From: Nitrospinota bacterium | GTDB taxonomy: Bacteria > Nitrospinota > Nitrospinia > Nitrospinales > VA-1 | DNA: 64,000 nt | Assembly: GCA_028345515.1 (NCBI GenBank) | Contig: JAOMDP010000002.1 | Location: forward strand, 65,180-129,179 | Reading direction: 5' to 3' | Shown here: positions 10,582 to 21,166 of the stretch, one piece after another | Layout of the letters: every line of letters starts with the position of its first letter | Numbering within the stretch: the first letter of the stretch is position 1 | The notes under the pieces: generated by a model | The model's input: the letters and a program-made list of their open reading frames with translations, nothing else | Told to the model about the DNA's origin: nothing | Database searches by the model: none | Translations under genes and position numbers: made by a program

Positions 10582-10993
10582 TTAAATATCATCCTAAAAA
10601 GTTCTAAGATTCTCATAATAAGTTATTTATATAATGAAATAGAGATTGTCTTCAGCTTATAAAATAATGCTGCAGCCAAATATGATTTATAAGCCTATTT
10701 TATCAACCATTCCGAAATAATAAATTGAATTATTGAATGTTGTCAAAAAAATAACTTTTAATTTAGCTTACCTTTTGTGTTTTTTATAAATCAGCTACAA
10801 ATCGATAGCCTGAATTCTCACAATTTTTAAGTTCAGACCTTACAATTTTACCTTGAGAAAGTAGATTTTTAAACTTGCCATACAATTTAACGCTGGCTGA
10901 TAGTGGAAAGATCTATTTTATAAGGCTTAATGCCTAAACTTGTAGCATTTTTTTTGGAAAAATGACAATACCTTTTCTAAGTCAATTGATGAT

Positions 10994-12424
10994 ATGATTG
11001 AAATGATACAATTTGGAGATCCTCGGTTGGACAATCACTTCTTCGAAATAAACCTTGCCTTACTTAAAAATCACCTTTCAAAGCCTATAGCTATTAAAAA
11101 TCAGCTATCTGAAAAAATTACTATTATTAATGCAAATTCCGGACAACCGACTATTCAATACAAAGGGATTTTGCTGCATAGCAAATACGATCCAAACAAA
11201 GAGGGTATTGATTTTGCCAAAAATATCAAACCTGGTAGCCGAATATGCCTCTATGGATTCGGTCTAGGTTATCATCTAGAACCCTTGCTTGAAAAAATCG
11301 GCCCAGATGGTTTTCTGCTTGTAATAGAACTTAATCCAGATCTTCTTAGTGCAGCTATGAAGTTGAAAAATCATACCCAACTTTTTCATAACAACCGTTT
11401 CAAATTAATTTTCGGAGTAGATGAGTTTGATGTATCTAATACTGTATCAAAAGAAATGCACCGTATCTCAGAATCTGGATCAGAGAAACTAGAGATTTTA
11501 TTTCATGCCCCATCATTTAAATGTCTACCCAAAAATTTTCCGGCACTCAAAAACGCTTTGGAGATATTATTAATAGAACGTAGATTCCCAACCGTTTTCC
11601 GTGATCTGGAGGAAGCCAATTATTCCCTTAATAAAGAAAAAATTACAGATTCATCGGGAATCAACTCTTTAAAAAATGCTCATCTTGGAAAACCTGCTCT
11701 TATGGTAAGTGCCGGCCCCTCTCTCGACACAGTCTTACCCTACCTTAAACATTTACAAAACAACTTAATTTTAGCTTGTGTTGATACGGCTTTTCCTGCT
11801 CTTTTAAAAAATGACATAAGTCCCAAGTATGTCTTTACCCTCGACCCACAAATAGATAGTGCCTACTATTTTGCGGATTACAAAAAAGGTTCAACCAAAC
11901 TTATTTATACACCTACAGCAAATCATAATATTTTAAAACATTTCCCCGGTGAATATTATGTGGTTTATAAAGAAGGAAAAATATTTTCTAATCATGAGCA
12001 ATCTGAAACAAAGGGAATCACACAAGCTGGTGGTTCAGTAGCCTGCCTGGGTGTCGACGCTTTAATTCAATTTGGATGCGAACCTATTTTTTTAATCGGA
12101 CAGGATTGTGCTTTTACCGGAAAACGTTATTATTCAAAACATACCCATTTCAATGAAAAACTATTCCCAAAGGTTTTCGGAATCTCCCAGTTAGACAAAC
12201 TTCACAAAGATAAATTCTATGAAAAAAAATCTGTGGAAGTCAGTAATACTTATGGGGCCCCAGGTATTACCGATCAAGTTATGTACAGTTATTTACGCAA
12301 CCTTGAAGAAATAGCAGACCAACGAAAAAATACTCGAATATATAATCTATGCTCGCAGGGAGCCGCTATTGCAGGCGTTAATTCTTTACATTCGATCAGC
12401 GAATTAAAACGCTGGTTTTCATAG
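10994..12424 (+). CDS. MptE-like / DUF115 (motility-accessory-factor-like) domain protein
   Basis: Core GKPALMVSAGPSLD...ILACVDTAFPALLKNDISPKYVFTLDPQ matches the DUF115/Maf signature as I recall it. 476 aa. Confidence 0.7.
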   Translation: MIEMIQFGDPRLDNHFFEINLALLKNHLSKPIAIKNQLSEKITIINANSGQPTIQYKGILLHSKYDPNKEGIDFAKNIKPGSRICLYGFGLGYHLEPLLEKIGPDGFLLVIELNPDLLSAAMKLKNHTQLFHNNRFKLIFGVDEFDVSNTVSKEMHRISESGSEKLEILFHAPSFKCLPKNFPALKNALEILLIERRFPTVFRDLEEANYSLNKEKITDSSGINSLKNAHLGKPALMVSAGPSLDTVLPYLKHLQNNLILACVDTAFPALLKNDISPKYVFTLDPQIDSAYYFADYKKGSTKLIYTPTANHNILKHFPGEYYVVYKEGKIFSNHEQSETKGITQAGGSVACLGVDALIQFGCEPIFLIGQDCAFTGKRYYSKHTHFNEKLFPKVFGISQLDKLHKDKFYEKKSVEVSNTYGAPGITDQVMYSYLRNLEEIADQRKNTRIYNLCSQGAAIAGVNSLHSISELKRWFS

Positions 12425-12435
12425 TTGTTACACAG

Positions 12436-13029
12436 ATGAAATCCTTAAAATATCTTCCACATTTTGGACTTTTAGCGCTTATTATTTTTTTAATCACAGA
12501 TACCCCTATAATTAAAGAAACCTCTTCAAAAATAAAAAGTCAACTACAAAAAAGCGAGGGTAGCGATAGCGAAGGTAGCCATAAAGAAGGGAGTAACGGT
12601 CAAAATATTCCTCAGGAAGAAAAAGAAAAAAGAATGGGCATATTCCACTACAACGAAGGAAACAAAAATTTCAAAGCGGGCCGTTACGACGAAGCAATTA
12701 TAAATTATAGAAAAGCGCTCCATCATAACAAGAGTTTTAAAGAAGCAACTATAAATTTAAGTACCGCTTATATGAAAAATTCAAATTATGATAAAGCTTT
12801 GGAAACTTTAAAGATAGGAATGTTATTAGATTCAAAAAACCCAGACATTCATTATAACTATGCCTGCTATTATTCGTTAATAGGACAACCTAAAAGAAGT
12901 TTAGAAATGTTGAAAGCTGCGATTCATTTTGGTTTTAATAAGTTAGATCAAATCGAAATAGATCCAGATCTCCAAACACTTAGGCAATCTCCAGCATTCA
13001 AAGACTGGTCTCGCAATTCTAGTATCTAG
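12436..13029 (+). CDS. Membrane-anchored TPR-repeat protein
   Basis: N-terminal TM helix, then TPR units (GNKNFKAGRYDEAIINYRKALHHNKSFKEA...). Starts 11 nt after the DUF115 gene. Confidence 0.7.
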   Translation: MKSLKYLPHFGLLALIIFLITDTPIIKETSSKIKSQLQKSEGSDSEGSHKEGSNGQNIPQEEKEKRMGIFHYNEGNKNFKAGRYDEAIINYRKALHHNKSFKEATINLSTAYMKNSNYDKALETLKIGMLLDSKNPDIHYNYACYYSLIGQPKRSLEMLKAAIHFGFNKLDQIEIDPDLQTLRQSPAFKDWSRNSSI

Positions 13030-13032
13030 AGT

Positions 13033-14196
13033 CTATTTTATGGGTATGAGTGTGACCTGCCCTGAAGGATTGATTTTTAAACCAACTTCGCCATTTAGTA
13101 ATGACAACATAGGTTTACCAATGCATTCTTTTCTCCAACCCTGCAAGAGAAAATGATCATCCATATTAATACTTTGTTCAAAGTGAGTGGCAAACGAATG
13201 GATACGTTTGCGGTCAGCCAGAACTGAAGGCTCAATTTTTAATTCTTCAGATCGGATTTGCACAAAGGCAGACAACAACTCTTCAATACCACGCGTTGTA
13301 GAATGACCATCGGATTCAGGTAGTGTGGGCAATTCATTTTCTGGCACTTCGTTTCCGCGTTTAATCGATTCTATTATAGCTTTTCCACTTTTGCCGATTT
13401 CCTTATGATAAAAACCCCTAAGTGAAGAGAGATCTTTAACATCAGTAGGCATTTTCCTAGCGATTTCCAAAAGGGTTTCATCTCGCACAATAGACTTTGC
13501 CAAGCAATCACGAGAGACAGCAACTTTTTCTCTCCAGGCGGCCAGTTCCCTTAAAACAGCCATATTTCTAGGATTTAGGCTTCTTAAGCTTTTAATTTTC
13601 ATATAACGCGTTTGTGGATCAGGCAAAGCAAATGTTGCAGAATCTTCCCAAATTGCCACCTCTCCTCTCATCCAATCAGATCTATTTAGTTCTTTGAGTT
13701 TCTCAAGGAGGCTTTCATAAGCTGGCATAAGATAGCGCACATCGTCTATAGCGTATTGGATTTGATTCTGACTTAAAGGGCGTCGACACCAATCTGTATA
13801 AGTTTCAGTTTTATGAATGCGTTTACCTAAAGCTTTTTGAATTAACTTAGCAAAAGATATTTGTGATCCCCAGCCTACAAGAGCAGCGGCAATTTGTGTA
13901 TCAAAGACAGGAGGGATAACCTGACCACAAAGGCGTACCAGAATCTCAAGGTCCTGACGGGCTGCGTGAAATACCTTTGTTTTATTCGGGTCTTTAAGTA
14001 ATTCCAACAAAGGGGTTAGATCATCCAATTGAATCGGATCTATTGCTGCACATTCATTATTTCCTGCAACCTGAATGAGCCCTATTCTATGAAAATAAGT
14101 TCTTTCGCGGACAAATTCAGTATCCACAGCAAGAACTTTTGCTGAATAAAGACGGGAACAAAAATCATTTAACTGGTCCGCAGATGTTATATACAT
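13033..14196 (-). CDS. rnd: Ribonuclease D
   Basis: DEDD 3'-5' exonuclease motifs (LAVDTEF, HAARQDLEIL, YAIDDVRYL) plus an HRDC region. 387 aa. Confidence 0.9.
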   Translation of the reverse strand: MYITSADQLNDFCSRLYSAKVLAVDTEFVRERTYFHRIGLIQVAGNNECAAIDPIQLDDLTPLLELLKDPNKTKVFHAARQDLEILVRLCGQVIPPVFDTQIAAALVGWGSQISFAKLIQKALGKRIHKTETYTDWCRRPLSQNQIQYAIDDVRYLMPAYESLLEKLKELNRSDWMRGEVAIWEDSATFALPDPQTRYMKIKSLRSLNPRNMAVLRELAAWREKVAVSRDCLAKSIVRDETLLEIARKMPTDVKDLSSLRGFYHKEIGKSGKAIIESIKRGNEVPENELPTLPESDGHSTTRGIEELLSAFVQIRSEELKIEPSVLADRKRIHSFATHFEQSINMDDHFLLQGWRKECIGKPMLSLLNGEVGLKINPSGQVTLIPIK

Positions 14197-14300
14197 AAAA
14201 CCTTTTTAGTTCGTGATCAAATAGTAAAACCAAAACTGGCAATTATAGGAAATTGCTAAGGGTATGGGTAGAGTTAATTACGCTTAAGCTAAATTTAAAT

Positions 14301-14339
14301 AAAAAAAGGTATAGTGACTCAGTCACTATACCTTTTTTT
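14301..14339 (-). terminator. Rho-independent (bidirectional) terminator
   Basis: Perfect 11-bp stem GGTATAGTGAC/GTCACTATACC (14308-14318 / 14322-14332), 3-nt loop, flanked by A7 (14301-14307) and T7 (14333-14339). Lies just downstream of the small minus-strand ORF. Confidence 0.75.
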
Positions 14340-14366
14340 CCTATTAATTATTGACCTACATCCTAA

Positions 14367-14558
14367 TCAACTATCTTCTAATTGAAACTCGTCTGTTGTA
14401 TCATTTTTATTGTTTCCACTTACGGAAACACTATCTTTATCAGTAAAGTCTATTAATCTTTGCTCCCCTTCCTTCCAGAAACGATTGCTCAACTTCTTTG
14501 GAGATAAAACTTTTTTGAGTTGACCCTCAGCGTCGAAAACTTTCACCTCATAGAACAT
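14367..14558 (-). CDS. Small hypothetical protein (63 aa)
   Basis: ATG at 14558 is preceded by GGAGG (reverse complement of 14570-14574) and the gene is followed by a strong terminator. The longer 100-aa ORF-track version lacks an RBS. Confidence 0.5.
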   Translation of the reverse strand: MFYEVKVFDAEGQLKKVLSPKKLSNRFWKEGEQRLIDFTDKDSVSVSGNNKNDTTDEFQLEDS

Positions 14559-15005
14559 AACTCTCTTTGCCTCCAGAAAATGTTCTAAAATCTTTGTTTT
14601 TAAAAGCTTTAAAAATTTACAAAACAAAACTTTTCCTGACCAACGAAATAACCTTAAATTTAATAACAACTAATGTCAAGCAAATAAGTCTATTTTTTTC
14701 AATGGTTAAGCAGGAAATCGCAGTAGTTTTATAAAATAAGTTGGCCCTATAAGACCAAATTGCCAAAGAATAATAGTTACCAAAAAATCTCTTTAAAAAG
14801 TTAATTACAGCAAAATATCTTTTAACCAAATAATTATCTAAGTATTTAATTTTAAATGATTTATTTGGCATAGGCAGGGCCTTGAAAGGTTCCGGTTTTT
14901 CATTGACTTTCCGCATGCCATAACCTATGTTTACATTAAGGCATAAGGTCTATTTTGATAGGCACTTTTTACAATCCCATCACCATAGTAGCCCCGTTGA
15001 AAACC

Positions 15006-15695
15006 ATGAAGATACTGGGAATAGACACATCCTCACCGGCAGGAAGTGTTGCCCTGTTGGATAATAACCGCATTATTTCAGAATCTACGCTTGGTGGTTC
15101 AAAGGCCTATTCCCATAGTATTTTGGAGGAGGTGGATACGCTACTCAAACGTACCGAAACAAAACTAAAAGATCTGGAAGGATTTGCCATAACAAATGGT
15201 CCAGGGTCATTTACAGGACTTCGAGTTGGAATTAGTTTGCTTAAAGGGTTAGTAATGGCAACTGAAAAACCTTTTGCAGCGGTGAACACACTAGATGCCT
15301 ATGCCGAAACAGTAAAGCCAGGTTCATACCTTATTTGCCCAGTTTTGGATGCACGAAAAAAAGAAGTTTATACTGCTTTATTTAATTCTAATAACCATAT
15401 ATACCAAAGAAAAACTCACGATCAAGCCATCACTCCCGCGAGATTGTGCGATCAAATAAGCCAGCCCACCGTTTTTGTAGGAAATGGCTTAGAAGTTTAT
15501 AAAAATACCTTTATATCCTGTCTAAAAGAAAATTATGTACACGACACACCCATGAAAAATCTAACAGTTGCTGCCAGCGCCGGCTTGATCGCCTCTCGAA
15601 ATCTAAAGAAAAACTTTAACTACGATCTAGATTCCTTAAAAATTAATTACATAAGACCTTCAGAGGCCGAACTAAATCATACAGTTTCTAAATAA
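15006..15695 (+). CDS. tsaB: tRNA threonylcarbamoyladenosine biosynthesis protein TsaB
   Basis: MKILGIDTSS start, then GFAITNGPGSFTGLRVG. Start chosen at the ATG at 15006 rather than the track's 14955. Confidence 0.9.
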   Translation: MKILGIDTSSPAGSVALLDNNRIISESTLGGSKAYSHSILEEVDTLLKRTETKLKDLEGFAITNGPGSFTGLRVGISLLKGLVMATEKPFAAVNTLDAYAETVKPGSYLICPVLDARKKEVYTALFNSNNHIYQRKTHDQAITPARLCDQISQPTVFVGNGLEVYKNTFISCLKENYVHDTPMKNLTVAASAGLIASRNLKKNFNYDLDSLKINYIRPSEAELNHTVSK

Positions 15696-15707
15696 GGAGA
15701 TTGAAAA

Positions 15708-15935
15708 ATGAATATCAACCCCGAGTTACTCGAAAAAGTCCAAAAAGAAAATAAAGAATTTCGCGGACTTTATGAAAAACACACCTCGCTCAAACAAAAA
15801 GTCGAAGCCTTTAACAAAATGAAAATCATCACGCCCGAGCAAGAAGTGGAAAAAAAAATAAATCAAAAGGAAAAATTAAATCTCAAGGATCGAATGGAAA
15901 AAATCTTAAGTGAGTATGAATCCAGCATCCATTAA
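15708..15935 (+). CDS. DUF465 (YdcH-like) small coiled-coil protein
   Basis: 75 aa. Strong RBS AAGGAG 8 nt upstream. Pattern LYEKHTSLKQKVE...LKDRM is typical of DUF465. Confidence 0.65.
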   Translation: MNINPELLEKVQKENKEFRGLYEKHTSLKQKVEAFNKMKIITPEQEVEKKINQKEKLNLKDRMEKILSEYESSIH

Positions 15936-16199
15936 ACCAAATGCAAAAATAAATAAGAGATAAATTTACTCTCTGATTGAAAGCAAGCGAAATCTTCTAT
16001 TCAGGGATATACCATGACTACTGAACGTCTCGTATTTTAGATAAGAACGGTTAGGTTTTAGAAAAAGGTAGCTGGATCGACTGGAATGTCTCAAGTCTTA
16101 AAGATTACTAAAGGACCCGATGAAAAGAAAAAATATAATGTTTTAGGAATTAACCCTACCCTACTTGATTTCTCCCGAAACTTGACTCTTAGATGGCAG

Positions 16200-17453
16200 T
16201 CAGACTTTTCTTCCCACAAAATGAAAGGTAGGTTTTTCTCTGAGGTAAGCTCCCACCAATTGTGATAAAAACTTGAATGACACCACCCTCTCGGCAGGTA
16301 CCAAATCCCCTATAACGCCCACCAAAATTTCGGCAAGTTCACGTTTTTCTTTTAAAACCCGTACAACCTGATCACAAAAAAATTGGTTGTAAATGATTTT
16401 CTGTAAAATCCGACTCAATAAAAACTTCTTTTCAAATTCCTGCTTTCGTTTCTTCTCATAAACCTTAAGAAATTCCAAAGAAACATCCGCATTTTTCAAA
16501 GCCAAATCTGCAATTTGAACTGCAATTTCAGAACTTCGCAAGGAAAGATAAATACCTTCTCCAGTAAAAGGATCGATAAACCCCATTGCGTCCCCAACTG
16601 CCAGCAGACCGCCACAGGGAATAGGTTTAACTGAAAAACCCAAAGACTCGACTGCGCGGACCGATTCTAGACATTCTGCATTTTGTAAAATCTTACGCCG
16701 GAATCGATTTTTCATTACCATACGCCCATAAAAACTATCAGGTTTTTCCCCACGCATCGAATTTTGATCAACCACCAGAACTACATTAATCTTATCTTGG
16801 CTCACGCTGGATATACCAGTGTAGCCGGGACGCGAGACATGCATATAACAATAATCATCCAAAATTTGCGCCCCCTGCCAATGCGCCGCCATGGCGATTT
16901 TAGCATTTCTTGAAGACTCTCTCTTTAAGTTGAATTTTTTTAGCGACAGCGAATTGCGTCCTCCTGCATCAATTACCAAAGGGGCTTTAAGGGTAAAGGA
17001 AGATTTATTTTCATCCCAGCCCTTTACACCAGAAACGCAACCTTCTTCAAATAAAAAATCAGTAATTTTGTTTTGTTCCCGAATTTCCACTCCAACCCGC
17101 CGCACCTGTTCAATAAAAAGAGAATCTAATTCATATCTTGGCACAGACAAGCTTGTCGGTCGCTCTATCTGTCCTGGTTGGCAGGGATAATCAATTATGA
17201 GTTCTTCTCCTTCATAGGAAGAAATAGCAACTCCCTTTAATCTTTTTGGGGCCAAAGCCTCGATATCATCTAAAACTCCCAAACGGTCTAGTATTGGGTC
17301 TGCTGCTGGGCTGATAAACTCACCACAAATTTTATCGCGTGGGAATTTAGCCTGGTCGCAAAGTATCACATGATAACCAAGCTGATTGAGCCCCAGTGCT
17401 GCTGAGCAACCCGCTGGCCCGCCACCAATAATAATTACATCTGCTTTATCCAT
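16200..17453 (-). CDS. FAD-dependent oxidoreductase, geranylgeranyl-reductase family
   Basis: DVIIIGGGPAGCSAA dinucleotide fold, GDAMGFIDPFTGEGI motif. 417 aa. Overlaps the upstream methyltransferase by 8 bp. Confidence 0.85.
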   Translation of the reverse strand: MDKADVIIIGGGPAGCSAALGLNQLGYHVILCDQAKFPRDKICGEFISPAADPILDRLGVLDDIEALAPKRLKGVAISSYEGEELIIDYPCQPGQIERPTSLSVPRYELDSLFIEQVRRVGVEIREQNKITDFLFEEGCVSGVKGWDENKSSFTLKAPLVIDAGGRNSLSLKKFNLKRESSRNAKIAMAAHWQGAQILDDYCYMHVSRPGYTGISSVSQDKINVVLVVDQNSMRGEKPDSFYGRMVMKNRFRRKILQNAECLESVRAVESLGFSVKPIPCGGLLAVGDAMGFIDPFTGEGIYLSLRSSEIAVQIADLALKNADVSLEFLKVYEKKRKQEFEKKFLLSRILQKIIYNQFFCDQVVRVLKEKRELAEILVGVIGDLVPAERVVSFKFLSQLVGAYLREKPTFHFVGRKV

Positions 17454-18231
17454 TATTTTTCTTTCCTAAAAATGCAATGCGGTAGGGGAAATGGCGATGA
17501 ACCTCAAAAGGTTCTACTCCCGCTTCCATAGCAAGCACACCAAATTCCGAAGGAGTGAATGCATTCATCACAGATACCGGAGCATCATAACGGGTGAGGC
17601 GATTACGAGTAAAAATTCGCGTTAAAATAAATATAACTGCATGCGCAATTCGACTTCGGTGCAAATCGTTAATCAAAAACCCCAAGCGTGCCGATTTATA
17701 AATAGCTTTAATAACAGCCACTGCATTGTCCCAACTGAAGTGATGTAACGAAAGATTGTTGATTGCCAAATCAAAGACATTATCTTTAAAGGGCAGCTCA
17801 AGTATATTGCATTGCACCAGGCGGATTTCTGGGTATTCATAGATTTCTTCTTTTGCCATTTTCAGCATCTTGGCGTTGATATCAATTGCAGTGATTCTAA
17901 TAGGAATACCCATAGACCTGGCAAGCTTGGCTAGAGCAACTGGTTGATCAGCAGAGCCAGTCGCCGCATCTAGCACAGAAAAAGGTCGATCTAATTTATG
18001 CTCTCTTAAAAACTTTTTAGCATGATAAAGCAAAACCCGGTAGCCACTTAAATAGCGGTTTACAGTAGCAACATCGTTCAGGCTATCACGAACCTCTTCA
18101 TAAGGAGCTTCATCCAAATCCAATAATTCGTCTCTTAGGTTTCGGGGGGGGAAGAAAAACGATTTCACAGCGAAACGCCTCCAACCACTAATGTGTGAAG
18201 TAATTGGAAATTGCCATCGGCAACTCGCCAA
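17446..18231 (-). CDS. Class I SAM-dependent methyltransferase
   Basis: VLDAATGSADQ (motif I), ITAIDIN, DLAINNLSLHHF. TTG start 2 nt after the fxsA stop. Confidence 0.8.
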   Translation of the reverse strand: MASCRWQFPITSHISGWRRFAVKSFFFPPRNLRDELLDLDEAPYEEVRDSLNDVATVNRYLSGYRVLLYHAKKFLREHKLDRPFSVLDAATGSADQPVALAKLARSMGIPIRITAIDINAKMLKMAKEEIYEYPEIRLVQCNILELPFKDNVFDLAINNLSLHHFSWDNAVAVIKAIYKSARLGFLINDLHRSRIAHAVIFILTRIFTRNRLTRYDAPVSVMNAFTPSEFGVLAMEAGVEPFEVHRHFPYRIAFLGKKNNG

Positions 18232-18233
18232 AG

Positions 18234-18626
18234 CTAATTTTTAAAGAAAAAATATTGCTGACCTGTTTTAATTCTTTTCTGCGTAAGGTTTAATGCCATA
18301 CCTTTGAACAAGCCACGAGTGGCAGGAATCATTATGAGCAATCCAATCGTATCCGTTATAAAACCCGGTGTAATGAGCAACATACTGCAAAGGCTCATCA
18401 CAGCACCATTTAAAACATCATCAACAGGAGCTTCACGTGATTTGAGAGACCGTTGGATTCTTTCAAGGCATTCATCACCATAACTACGGCTAACAACAAT
18501 CCCCACAAGAAATGAAAACATTACCCATGAGATGGTATTCATGATACTGATCGATTCACTTACCCATTTCAGTCCATAAAGCTCAATTCCTGTTCCTAAA
18601 GCAAAAAAAGCGGCAACTGGTAGCAT
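18234..18626 (-). CDS. fxsA: FxsA-family membrane protein
   Basis: 130 aa. ITPGFITDTIGLLIMIPATR signature, three TM segments. Confidence 0.75.
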   Translation of the reverse strand: MLPVAAFFALGTGIELYGLKWVSESISIMNTISWVMFSFLVGIVVSRSYGDECLERIQRSLKSREAPVDDVLNGAVMSLCSMLLITPGFITDTIGLLIMIPATRGLFKGMALNLTQKRIKTGQQYFFFKN

Positions 18627-18916
18627 TATTTATATTTCCCTTAATATTTAGCTAAATAAAAGATACATTAAACAATATCACGCTCTTATTGCACTAAAAA
18701 GGAAAAAACAGACTGCACAAAATCTCTAAAACGGAAATCCTGTTATTCCTGAAATATTTGGGCTAAAAAATATTGTTTTTTCAATAATTTGAACGTTATA
18801 TAAGAAAAAATTTGGACAACCAAAACCTTCCAAAAAAATTTGATTTTATAGAGTGCAAGAACGTGCTAATAGTTTTATCTTGCCTGGTGGAAAATTAATT
18901 TATAAATATTTCTTTA

Positions 18917-19498
18917 ATGAATCAAAATATTACAACCTCTTTTGAAAATGAACGCCTTACATGGGCTAAAATTTCTCGTTTCATTGCTCTTCCATTTCAA
19001 CCTTCACGTTTAACAACCTATCTTTCCGTAAAAAGGTTTGAAGAGGTTCCTATTGATGTTCTGTTAAACGATGGTGTAAGGGGAATACTTCTTGATGCGG
19101 ATGGAACACTGGGCCCTCACCATACGAAATTTTTTGAACCCACGATTTTAGAACATTTACAAAAGATGCTGCAAAAGGGATTCAAAATTGCCATTTATAC
19201 TAACGCCGCCCAGAACCGCTTTGAATCTTTTGAAAAACTTGGAGTCAAAATTGTTAATAACGTACCGCCTAAACCCGACCGCTCTGGATTCGTAAAAGCT
19301 ATGAAAAATTTCCTGGAGTTGGACGATCCTTTAAAAGTTTGCATGATCGGAGATAACTACATCACCGATGGGGGTGCCATTGATGCAGGAATACGTTTCA
19401 TACATATTCAGCCCGTTCCAGGTAACGAGCCTTTCATTCATGCCTTAACACGTTATTTCGCATATTTGTGCGTACGTTTTCACAAAAAAACCCCATAA
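18917..19498 (+). CDS. HAD-IIIA phosphatase, YqeG-like
   Basis: GILLDADGTL (HAD motif I), IYTNA, MIGDNYITDGGAIDAGIRFIHIQPV. Confidence 0.75.
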   Translation: MNQNITTSFENERLTWAKISRFIALPFQPSRLTTYLSVKRFEEVPIDVLLNDGVRGILLDADGTLGPHHTKFFEPTILEHLQKMLQKGFKIAIYTNAAQNRFESFEKLGVKIVNNVPPKPDRSGFVKAMKNFLELDDPLKVCMIGDNYITDGGAIDAGIRFIHIQPVPGNEPFIHALTRYFAYLCVRFHKKTP

Positions 19499-19669
19499 CT
19501 TCATTAAAAGAACATTTTTAGGACATCGAATAGCCCCCCAAAAAAAATGTAGATTTTTCAAAAAACCTTTAATTTCTTCCTAAATTTTGGGGCATAAATA
19601 CAAAAGGGGGTTTACTTCTCATTCATTTCCAAGAATAATAACCCTTATTCTTACCTAGTCATAAAATTT

Positions 19670-20143
19670 ATGGAAAACGAACAGATTCAAGAGTTTTGCC
19701 AAGAGGGTTTAAAGATTTCTGAACTAAAGGGAGTGCAAAATGGGCTTTCTTTTTTAATTGGAGAAAAATTTAGAAGAACCTTTTTGCAACTTAAAAAAGC
19801 ACGTGAAAAACTACAATTCTTATATCCTAGTGAAGATGAATCTGAAAACCACCCCTTAAATAAAGGGGGACGTGCCCTGAAAATGAGCTATGCACTAGCT
19901 ATTCAGGAACACTACAGCACACCTTTAGAGCAGGTGAAACATTTTGAATTATTTTTAAAGACATTCGCAGTCGCCATTAAAAATAGTTTTTCTAAGGATG
20001 ATATTAAAAATTATTTCGAATCCTCTCCCACGCTAGGCACATATGATGAAGATCGTTCAGATTCGGAATTAGATTACACAGGTGTTTTGCTGGAAGCCGA
20101 AGAGATTCTCACCTTGGAAGAAATGAGAAAGTTGTTCATTTAA
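19670..20143 (+). CDS. Hypothetical protein
   Basis: 157-aa ORF with plausible codon usage. No family recognised. Confidence 0.5.
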   Translation: MENEQIQEFCQEGLKISELKGVQNGLSFLIGEKFRRTFLQLKKAREKLQFLYPSEDESENHPLNKGGRALKMSYALAIQEHYSTPLEQVKHFELFLKTFAVAIKNSFSKDDIKNYFESSPTLGTYDEDRSDSELDYTGVLLEAEEILTLEEMRKLFI

Positions 20144-20173
20144 TTAAACAATATTATTTCTCGGTCAAAATAT

Positions 20174-20347
20174 ATGGATCAAGAACCTGAACCCATTTTA
20201 AAACAAAGAACGCGGCTTATAATTGCTTTTATAATTCTCTGTGCCGCCTCCGTACTCATTTTATTTACCGGGCCTGAGTTCAATTTTGTATGGCAAGTAA
20301 TCCTTTCCAGTTTTTTATTTTTTTTCCTCTTCTGGCTGATAACCTAA
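20174..20347 (+). CDS. Possible small membrane protein (57 aa)
   Basis: ATG ORF below the track threshold, found by hand translation. Two hydrophobic helices (LIIAFIILCAASVLILF, VILSSFLFFFLFWLI). Confidence 0.3.
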   Translation: MDQEPEPILKQRTRLIIAFIILCAASVLILFTGPEFNFVWQVILSSFLFFFLFWLIT

Positions 20348-20477
20348 CCAAGAACCGCCTGGGTCAATGCAATTGATTTTAGTCAAAGAAAGCTTTAACT
20401 AGGCTCAATGGATTCTAGTAATATGCACGCATACCAAGAAGAAGGTAAATCGTTCTAAAAGTTAAATCATACGAGTA

Positions 20478-21014
20478 TCAGCGAAACATCAGAAATAATA
20501 TTCCTAACAAGGCGAGAGAACCTAAACCCATCGAAATTAAGATGCGAATTTTAGCGTCATTTAATCTTTGATCGATTTTTTCTTGTAAAGGGGTCAAGGT
20601 ACTTTGAATGGTTTTTTGCAGGTCTTTTTTAACTTCGGTAAGGATTTCCATTTTCACAAAGCGGATATTTTCGGCTATCACCTTATCAAGATCTTCTAAA
20701 ATTTTTTGCGATATCTCTGGTGTTGCATTTTGGAGTTCCTCACGAACCGACTCCAAACCATCTTCATTTAATCGCCGCATTTTTCGATCAATTTCTTCCA
20801 TTTTAGCGTGGATGGCTTTCTCAACCTTTGGCGCAATGTTTTCCTGAATACGTTCTATGGAGTCACGCGCATTCGCCAATGATTCATGTAAGTGTTCCTG
20901 AATTTCTTCTTCCAGGGCTTCTTTTCTGGACTCCACATGTTCTATCAAAATATCCAACCGCTGCTGAATTTCTGACACCTTTTTAAACTCCTCTTGATTT
21001 TTTGAATCAGTCAT
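20478..21014 (-). CDS. Tail-anchored coiled-coil protein
   Basis: Start at the ATG at 21014 (MTDSKNQEEF) with an AGGAAAA RBS. Long heptad-like acidic helices and a C-terminal TM (ILISMGLGSLALLGILFLMF). Confidence 0.6.
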   Translation of the reverse strand: MTDSKNQEEFKKVSEIQQRLDILIEHVESRKEALEEEIQEHLHESLANARDSIERIQENIAPKVEKAIHAKMEEIDRKMRRLNEDGLESVREELQNATPEISQKILEDLDKVIAENIRFVKMEILTEVKKDLQKTIQSTLTPLQEKIDQRLNDAKIRILISMGLGSLALLGILFLMFR

Positions 21015-21166
21015 AGCTTTTCCTGAATTGTGAGCGTTTGTAATATTAGATGTCAAATATTTAAAATAATTGCAAATAATTATGGACTCAACCTTTGATA
21101 GTTTCAAATAGATTTGAAGAAACCTCGCTCTTGACTTCACGATAGCATTAGACTACCTTTATATCA

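Noticed and set aside
14617-14916. 99-aa minus-strand ORF between the small protein gene and tsaB
   Set aside because: It is an AT-rich spacer ORF with no RBS and an odd composition (F/Y/N/K/I-rich). It overlaps the likely promoter region of tsaB.
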